A DNA stretch of 55,109 nt, filler included, from Dirinaria sp. TL-2023a (lineage: Eukaryota): NCBI GenBank assembly GCA_051941275.1. It is 4 parts of 4 records of this genome, joined end to end, with 100 filler letters (N's around TTAATTAATTAA, not from the genome) between each part and the next. Parts side by side here need not be neighbours in the genome. Positions count along the whole stretch, not along the records: positions 41,437 to 55,109 come from JAVEBF010000664.1; 3 more parts are not named here. One strand, written 5' to 3'. A program made the translations under genes and the position numbers. The notes under the pieces are model-generated. The model ran no database searches, was not told where the DNA came from, and saw only the letters and a program-made list of their open reading frames with translations. Of this stretch, positions 48,340-55,109 are shown piece after piece; position 1 is the first letter of the stretch, and every line of letters starts with the position of its first letter.

Positions 48340-51168
48340 ATGGCTGGATCCGCCAGCCATGTCGAGAACAGAAGTTCAGACGTCTTGGGCGTCGACATTG
48401 CGGTCCTCTGTGTGTCCACGGTTTTCGTCATCTTACGCCTGGTATCGCGCATTGGTGTGGTGAAGAGGGTGACTCCGGACGACTACTTCATCATACTCGC
48501 ATGGGTTAGTGAGCACAATGGCACGCGTCCGATAGTCGGAATGGCTGGGCTGAATGATACACAGTTCATCGCTTTTGGCTTCTCTTTCTCGATCTGTTAC
48601 GGTACTTCGGTCGGACTTGGAAGACATGAAGTAGACGTGAAGCCGGAATGGCAGGAACCACTCAAGAAGGCGGAATATGCTTTTTCGGTACTCTATGTAG
48701 GCTATCCCGCTTATTGTTCCAGAAGTGGCATTAGCTGATACCATCAGAACCCTGCCTTGATGGCCACAAAAACTTCCATATGCCTCTTCTACCTTACCCT
48801 AGCCAAGAACCAGCGGGCTTTCAAATGGGCGACGCTGGTCACGCTTGCGGTCGTCAACGTCGCCGGTATCGCCTTGACATTCTTGAACATATTCCAATGT
48901 CACCCAGTGGGTGCTGCATTCGAACATATTGTATCCCCGGGACAGCACTGTACAGATATCATCACGATATACCTCTCCTCTGCACCTGTAAATATCGTCA
49001 CCGATCTTGCGCTCCTTTTCCTGCCGATGCCTATTTTGACGGCGATGCGCTTGCCTCGTAATGAGAAACTCATCTTGATTGTTACTTTCAGCTTTGGCGC
49101 TTTTGTTGCCGTAGTGGACGTGGTCAGGATTGCATATCTGGAATCGGCAACACTGACGCGGCTGCAAAATAGCACGGAAGATGCCAATAAGAATGACCAG
49201 GGGGACTTTTCTTGGATAGCGTCGTTATCTTTCATGTGGTCTGCGGTGGAGGTGCATGTCGGTATCATTTGCGCATGCGTTCCAGGAGTCAAACCGCTCG
49301 CCGCCAAGGTCTTTCCCAGCTTACTGGGCAAAATCAAACACTCCAAAGATCCATCTCGTAATTCTTACGGCCCAGAACATGCTTCACCCCCAACAACAGC
49401 GCCTCGGAGACCGAATCACATACAACCTCAAACGCCCCCGGAGTCTCCCACCGCTCCGCGCCACCTGGCAGTCAACACTGCAGCTCACCAGAATGGGAAC
49501 ATGGAATCACTCGACTTTGTAACTACACCGGAGGGCGGGCGCAATCGAGAGTCCAAAAGGCAAGAGGAGGATCTTGATATCATGGACTTCCTCACTACTC
49601 CTGACACGCCAACTACCATGAGAAAGACTGACACGGCTTTCACAGCTGATACCTGGAAATCTAGATCTGCCAGTTTGACACCGTATGACTTTGTGAATAT
49701 GAACGGATCGAAAAGCCTGGTCAAAAGGAGTAATCGAGAATCTTTGGCACCAATCGCTTTTGTGACTATACTGTTTTTCTTATGGGGTTTCGCCTACGGC
49801 CTACTCGATGTCTTGAATTCTCAATTCCGAATCATTGTTCAAATGAGTAATGGACAGTCTATCGGCTTACACTCTGCATATTACGGCGCCTACTTCGTCG
49901 CACCGCTTACATTTGGAAGAATCGTGTTCCAGAAGTGCGGTTTTAAGTTCACGTTCATTGTGGGACTATGCGTCTACGGGATCGGAACGCTCGTCTTCTG
50001 GCCTTCGGCCGTACTCGCGTCGTTCCCAGCGTTCCTCATCTCTAACTTCATCATCGGCTTGGGAGTCGCCACGCTTGAACTTGCTGGCAATCCATTCATC
50101 GCCCTCTGTGGCCCTCCTGAGTATGCCGAGGTTCGTCTGAACATATCGCAGGCTATCCAAGCTATTGGCACTGTCGTGTCGCCGGTCTTGGCAAAGAAGG
50201 TTCTTTTTCGCAGTGTGCTCGACGCACCGTCGCTCATCGACGTTCAGTGGGCATACCTTGGCATAGCATTGTTCGTTGTAATCCTCGCCCTTGTCTTCTA
50301 TTACGTGCCTCTGCCAGAAGCATCGGACAATGATCTGCAAGATGTTGCTCTCAAGAATCTGGAAGCCAACATCAGGAGAGTCGGACCGTTCCCGGTCATC
50401 TACGTCACACTGGCCTTAGGGCTGTTCTCCAATTTCTGTTACGTGGGCGGTCAAGAGGCTGTGTCTACACAATTTCAAAATTACGTCGCTATTGTCAAGC
50501 CAGAGTAAGGCCTCTGGCCACTGCACAACAGGTTCAGGGCTAATTGATGGTCTAGATCGGACATTGGCCCGTTTAATTACCAAGCTGTAGGTCATACGTG
50601 TTTTGCTGCGGGCAGGTTTCTCTCAGCGTTTGCTGGGCTGCTCATCAAGCCGAGGTGGATACTGCTCTTCCTGTACGCGGGCGTCATTGTCACATCGGCA
50701 CTTGCCATGAGTCTTGAGGGATATTCGGGCGTGGCCATGATCGTCCTGGTCCTGCTATTTGAATCGGGCATCTTCTCCATCATCTTCGCCATGTGCATTC
50801 GGGGCCTTGGCACACGTACCAAATTCGGTTCGGTGGCGCTCACTGCTGCAACTTCTGGCGGTGCTATAATTCCAGCCATTATGAGCGCTGTCTCTGACCA
50901 CCGCGGGCTGCGATACTCGTTGGCTGTCGCCGTAGCGGTCTTTGCATTTGGAGCCTTGCTACCTATCTACGTGTGCGCTGTGCCCGCCGCGAAGAATCAG
51001 GTCGATCCTATCCATGCGCCTCACCGACGTCGTGAAAGGGAGCGACGGCCTTCGACGCCGCATCGCACCAATCACATCCTCGGTGCGCTGAAGCACAGGA
51101 ACAAAGTCTCGTCAGATATGCCAAGCGTAGACCATGTGGAAAGCAATGCGGAGAAAGAAGCTGGATGA
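48340..51168 (+). CDS. Fusion protein: PTH11-like (fungal rhodopsin-like 7-TM, no CFEM) domain plus FucP-family MFS sugar permease, 4 exons
   Basis: N-half: VILRLVSR...DDYFIILAW, GLGRH, TKTSICLFYL, FQCHPV, NIVTDLALLFLPMP, WSAVEVHVGIICACVP. C-half in the same exon and frame: LFFLWGFAYGLLDVLN, YYGAYF, LELAGNPFIALCGPPEYAEVRLNISQ, FCYVGGQE, FESGIFSIIFA, SGGAIIP. Confidence 0.88.
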
Positions 51169-51888
51169 GAAAGTCGAGCGACCATTTCCTCCTTATTAAC
51201 TTTATGCTTTGCAGTATCTTCAGCGCGGCGTTGGCGGGCATCAATCAGGGTTCAACTGGTGCGTCACACCAGATACTATTACGCATAGAGAGTCTTTCAC
51301 CGGGTGCTACCATATATATGACTCTTTGTCATGCGAACCGGATGACTTGCAGATCTCACTCAGCAATGCTTCTAACTGTACGTGTACTTGGGTACCGTGC
51401 TATTTACCGAATACGGTTCGCGGTGTCCGGGGCGTCCTGTCCAGATTGGAATGGCTTGCCTCGCTTGCATTATCTGTCATCCAGGAAAAAAAGTAATTCT
51501 AGATTAATATCCGCTAAGGGCAGAGATTGCGCAAATCGCTGGTAATTCCCACCAATCCCCGGCCTCAATCGAAGCCGAGTGCGGAGTGCCAAGCGCGCCA
51601 AGCCCCAACGATTGCTAATCGCATCGCATCACTGAAAACCGCAAGAGGAAATTCCTCCCCCCCACACTCCACACTCTTCAAACATCCCCTCACTGATTTC
51701 TGATTAGCAGGTACAGTAGTAGTACAGTAGTAAGTACTCGCTCTAAGCTACCGACCTTACTCTTTCCTCTTTCCTCTTTCCTCTTCTTTCTTCTTTTTCC
51801 ATACTTCTCCCCAACCACCTCCCCTGCCATTCTCCTTCCAACCCTCTGCGGCGACTGGCTACACGATCGCCAAATCTCTAACCGGGCT

Positions 51889-52850
51889 ATGGCCAACTTT
51901 GCTGGTCGAAGAGCACCCAATGTGTCGCAGTACATTGCCAATCTCAACGTCGTGCAGCCCAAGGACGACAATACTTTCCACCCGGATGAGACGTTCGACT
52001 TTGAACATGATTTGAACATGTTCACCAATACCGAGTTCCTGGATTTTTCCGTTGACGAGAGTATCGAGTTTAATACTTCGGGCCCGGAGCAATTGCCGCT
52101 AGCAGAGGCTGCCGCGAGACAGGACCAGCAGCATGGACGGCCGGGCTTAGCCAAAAGTATGCCTTTTCACTCCGTTGATTACCATCTGATGAGCATGCCT
52201 CGGGACAATGCGTTGTGATTTTGATGAGCTCCTCAGCTTCGCGACATCTTGACACCCCGCAAGGTCTTTTCAATGTACATGCGCACGCCATTTCTTGGAG
52301 ATGCTAATTGTTCCCACCTATAGCCGATTATGAATATAACATGACCGAGCTTATGTCCCCAACCTCCATGACCTCCGTCCCTGCAGCGACCGCCAGCCCT
52401 ACCTACCCACAAAATGCTCGTCCTCTGCCCCTCAACGTCTCAACTGCCAATCCCAATCTCGATCCTTCCCTCTATAATGCGCCCGCGCACTCTCCATCGT
52501 CTGCCGCTTCTCCCACAAACGCCAAGAGATTCGAGGAAGACACCAAGGCGGCTGCTGAAGAAGATAAACGACGTCGCAACACCGCTGCCTCGGCCCGTTT
52601 CCGAGTGAAGAAGAAGCAGCGAGAACAGGCGCTGGAGAGTTCCGTGAAGGAAATGACAAACAAGATATCGGCGATGGAGAAGCGTATTGGTCAATTGGAG
52701 CAAGAGAATGGATTCTTGCGAGATCTGGTGACGGAGAAATCGGATAAGGAGGGCATGGCGGAGAAATATCGCAAGTTCAGGAAGGCCAGTGAGGAGACCG
52801 ACGATAGCCCAAGGAGTACTGGTCGTGGGAAGAAAGGCGTGGGAACGTGA
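51889..52850 (+). CDS. metR: bZIP sulfur-metabolism activator MetR/CYS-3, 2 exons (intron 52157-52323)
   Basis: N-terminal GRRAPNVSQYIANLN and LNMFTNTEFLDF; bZIP AAEEDKRRRNTAASARFRVKKKQREQALE followed by a zipper ending LEQENGFLRDLVTEK. Confidence 0.88.
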
Positions 52851-53373
52851 ACTCGTGGAAGCTCTGTTGTGTTCATTCATTATGCCGATGGATATGCATG
52901 TTTTATTTGCTTGAGAGAGAGATGGATACAGCCGAGATTATCAGAATCCAGCATCACTAATCACTGGACTTGAATCATTTTTGCTGCTTCTTCTCCGAAC
53001 CTGAGCGCGTTGTGGAGCAAACAGGCCTTATTGCCATGTAAGAAGATCTGAAGCTACAAATATCTAGTCCGTCGACGGCCATCTAATTCGATCAATGCGA
53101 TATGAATATCTTGATTATTTGTGGTTGTAAGCTCCAAACATTTGGAATTCAGTGCCCAGTGAATGCTCCGGAGGTCTTCGATATCTACGTACCTTGCATA
53201 CCTTAAATAATATACCATAGTCTGTTGGCAGGGTATTTCAACTTTGGCTTTTCGGCTCCCTCTCAAGCAACTAAGATATCGATACAAAGAAGAAGTCCCA
53301 TCCAGCTTTTCAAACATGTTTTCGGCGATAGTAACTCTTGATTACCTTCTGCCTGTTTTTGACAATATCAAGA

Positions 53374-54867
53374 ATGCTGACTAGATTTCGCTCCTTCCAC
53401 CGAGGTATGTCCGTCTATACATAGCTTTGGTAGCTATACCCAAATTCCCCGAAACTCTACCTATATGAACTCTATCAGATTGTATGAGGCGCAGACTCTA
53501 CTTGAGCTCATCTGTCATAGTAATACAGATGGCCGCAAACGCGAGTTCGACTATTGCTGGGCCAACCTCGTCATCATCAGCAGTCCAAGGACAGACGGCG
53601 GCTATGGTCATGGACAGGCCCAAATTCGTAGACGTGGGTCAGCATAAGTTCCAAAGAGGACCATCCAAAAGTCCAAAAGCTCATTTGATGCATCCAGGTT
53701 GGCATCAACCTCAGCGACCCTGTTTTCCGGGGCGTCTACCACGGCAAGCAAGCACATGACGACGATTTGGACGATGTGGTCAAGCGGGCCGCAAATGCAG
53801 GCTGCGTCAAGCTTATGGTCACGGGCTCTGATCTAGAAGAGAGCAGGAAGGCGGTGCAGTTGTCGAGAGATCATTGTGCGTCCTTTTGGCCCTACATCTA
53901 CTACTTCATTACGCGCGTCGACATGAATTTCTGATTGACAACTACAGCGGGCCGTTGTTACGCTACCGTCGGTGTTCATCCGTGTTCTGCCAAAAGCTTT
54001 GACACGCATCCCGGTGGAGACTCTGCGCTGCTCAAGGAGCTGGAGGATCTGGCAATCCAAGCCAAGAAAGCAGGTCTTGCAACGGCATTTGGCGAGATCG
54101 GTCTGGACTACGATCGGCTTTTCCTCTGTCCGAAGGAACAGCAACTGAAATACTTTGAAGCCCAGCTCGACCTCGCAGTGAAAGTGCAATTGCCGCTGTT
54201 CCTCCACTCGCGGGCCGCTCATGCGGATTTTGTGCGGTTGTTGAAGCCACGGTTGGAACTGCTGCCGAAGGGAGGCCTAGTGCATAGCTTTACGGGGACG
54301 ATGGAGGAGATGCGGGATCTGGTTGGGGCAGGGCTGATGTTGGGGGTCAACGGGTGTAGTTTGAAAACGGAGGAGAACTTGGAGGTCGTGAAGGAGATGG
54401 AACTGGGGAGGATCATGCTCGAGACGGATGGGCCGTGGGTATGCCTGTTGTTCCCTTTTGACCCCTTTTTGCAGGGGTAGAGTACTGGTCACATGTTTGG
54501 TCTGAAGGTGTACTGATATGACCCACTGATACACCGCCAGTGCGAGATTCGGCCCTCTCACGCCTCGTCCAAGTACCTGGAAGGCGCCCCACCGTTGCCG
54601 AGAGCGGTCAAGAAGGAGAAATGGGAACGAGGCTTAATGGTCAAAGGCCGGAACGAGCCGGCCACGATCACTCACGTTGCCCAAGTGGTTGCCAACGTCA
54701 AAGGTTTGCCCGTGGAGCAGGTTTGTCAAGCGTAGGTCTCCCGATTCCACGATCTGTCCATACCGTATATACTTTAAATAATTAATTGCTAATGGCATAT
54801 GGCTAGGACATGGGACAATGCTGTTCGAATGTTTGGGCTGGGAGAGGTCGATATAATAGAATGTTAG
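53374..54867 (+). CDS. TatD-family deoxyribonuclease (TATDN1-like), multi-exon; alternative start at 53529
   Basis: FVD|VGINLSDPVFRG, YATVGVHP, AFGEIGLDYDRL, LPLFLHSR, VHSFTG, GVNGCSLKT, LETDGPW|CEIRPSH, VKGRNEP; canonical introns. The upstream exon 53374-53404 is inferred. Confidence 0.9.
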
Positions 54868-55109
54868 AGTAATTCCGTATTGAGGATCTTGTTCTACACG
54901 CTTTATTCCAGCTCTCTAATGAAGTATCATAAACTCTGTCCGAGTCAATCATTCATTATCCCCGTCATCCGCGGAAACCGTAACCGATCACTATAAGATT
55001 TGATTGAGAAACCCTAAGGGCTAAGGCTACAACTGCCGACGCCCAACGTCTCTTTCTGTGGCGGGAACTGGCTTTATCGAGCCTAGTCTCCATCGGATTC
55101 GACTGCCTA

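Noticed and set aside
52185..52235. Two TGATGA (C-box-like) words in the metR intron suggesting a box C/D snoRNA
   Set aside because: No downstream CTGA D box or terminal stem within the intron.
5769..52850. Sulfur-themed cluster (IBA57, GST, NCS2, metR)
   Set aside because: metR is on a different concatenated contig, and the others are interspersed with unrelated housekeeping genes.
31906..54867. DNA metabolism cluster (pol eta, RNR1, TatD)
   Set aside because: Split by an artificial linker and separated by unrelated genes.
55009..55028. AACCCTAAGGGCTAAGG as a telomeric repeat
   Set aside because: Only one CCCTAA unit; no tandem array.

Overview
Eukaryotic DNA from a filamentous ascomycete (Pezizomycotina): gene-dense, with short GT-AG introns of mostly about 45-70 nt and CTRAY-type branch points. 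The window is not one contiguous locus. It is four pieces (13,743, 13,715, 13,678 and 13,673 bp, strictly decreasing) joined by identical 100-nt linkers (N44-TTAATTAATTAA-N44), so gene neighbourhoods across the linkers should not be trusted. I can support about 22 protein-coding genes, mostly housekeeping: GDA1, a Ubp16/USP30-like deubiquitinase, IBA57/CAF17, CWC23, a Ure2/Nu-like GST, NCS2, a PTM1-like protein, an M28 carboxypeptidase, esdC, RPB2, an MFS transporter, a TBC Rab-GAP, DNA polymerase eta, an RfeG-like protein, an Arg/Glu-repeat protein, ALG11, RNR1, metR/cys-3 and TatD. I found no rRNA, tRNA, CRISPR array or transposon. The most interesting biology is a single gene fusing a PTH11-like 7-TM domain to a complete FucP-type MFS sugar permease (candidate transceptor). 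Other leads: an 87-aa two-exon membrane micro-protein, a hidden presequence-like exon on TatD, a GC-AG intron and dual starts in the GST, an MCB-like cluster upstream of RNR1, and a recurrent intergenic AGGTACCTTA motif. Family names come from motif recognition by eye; no database search was run.
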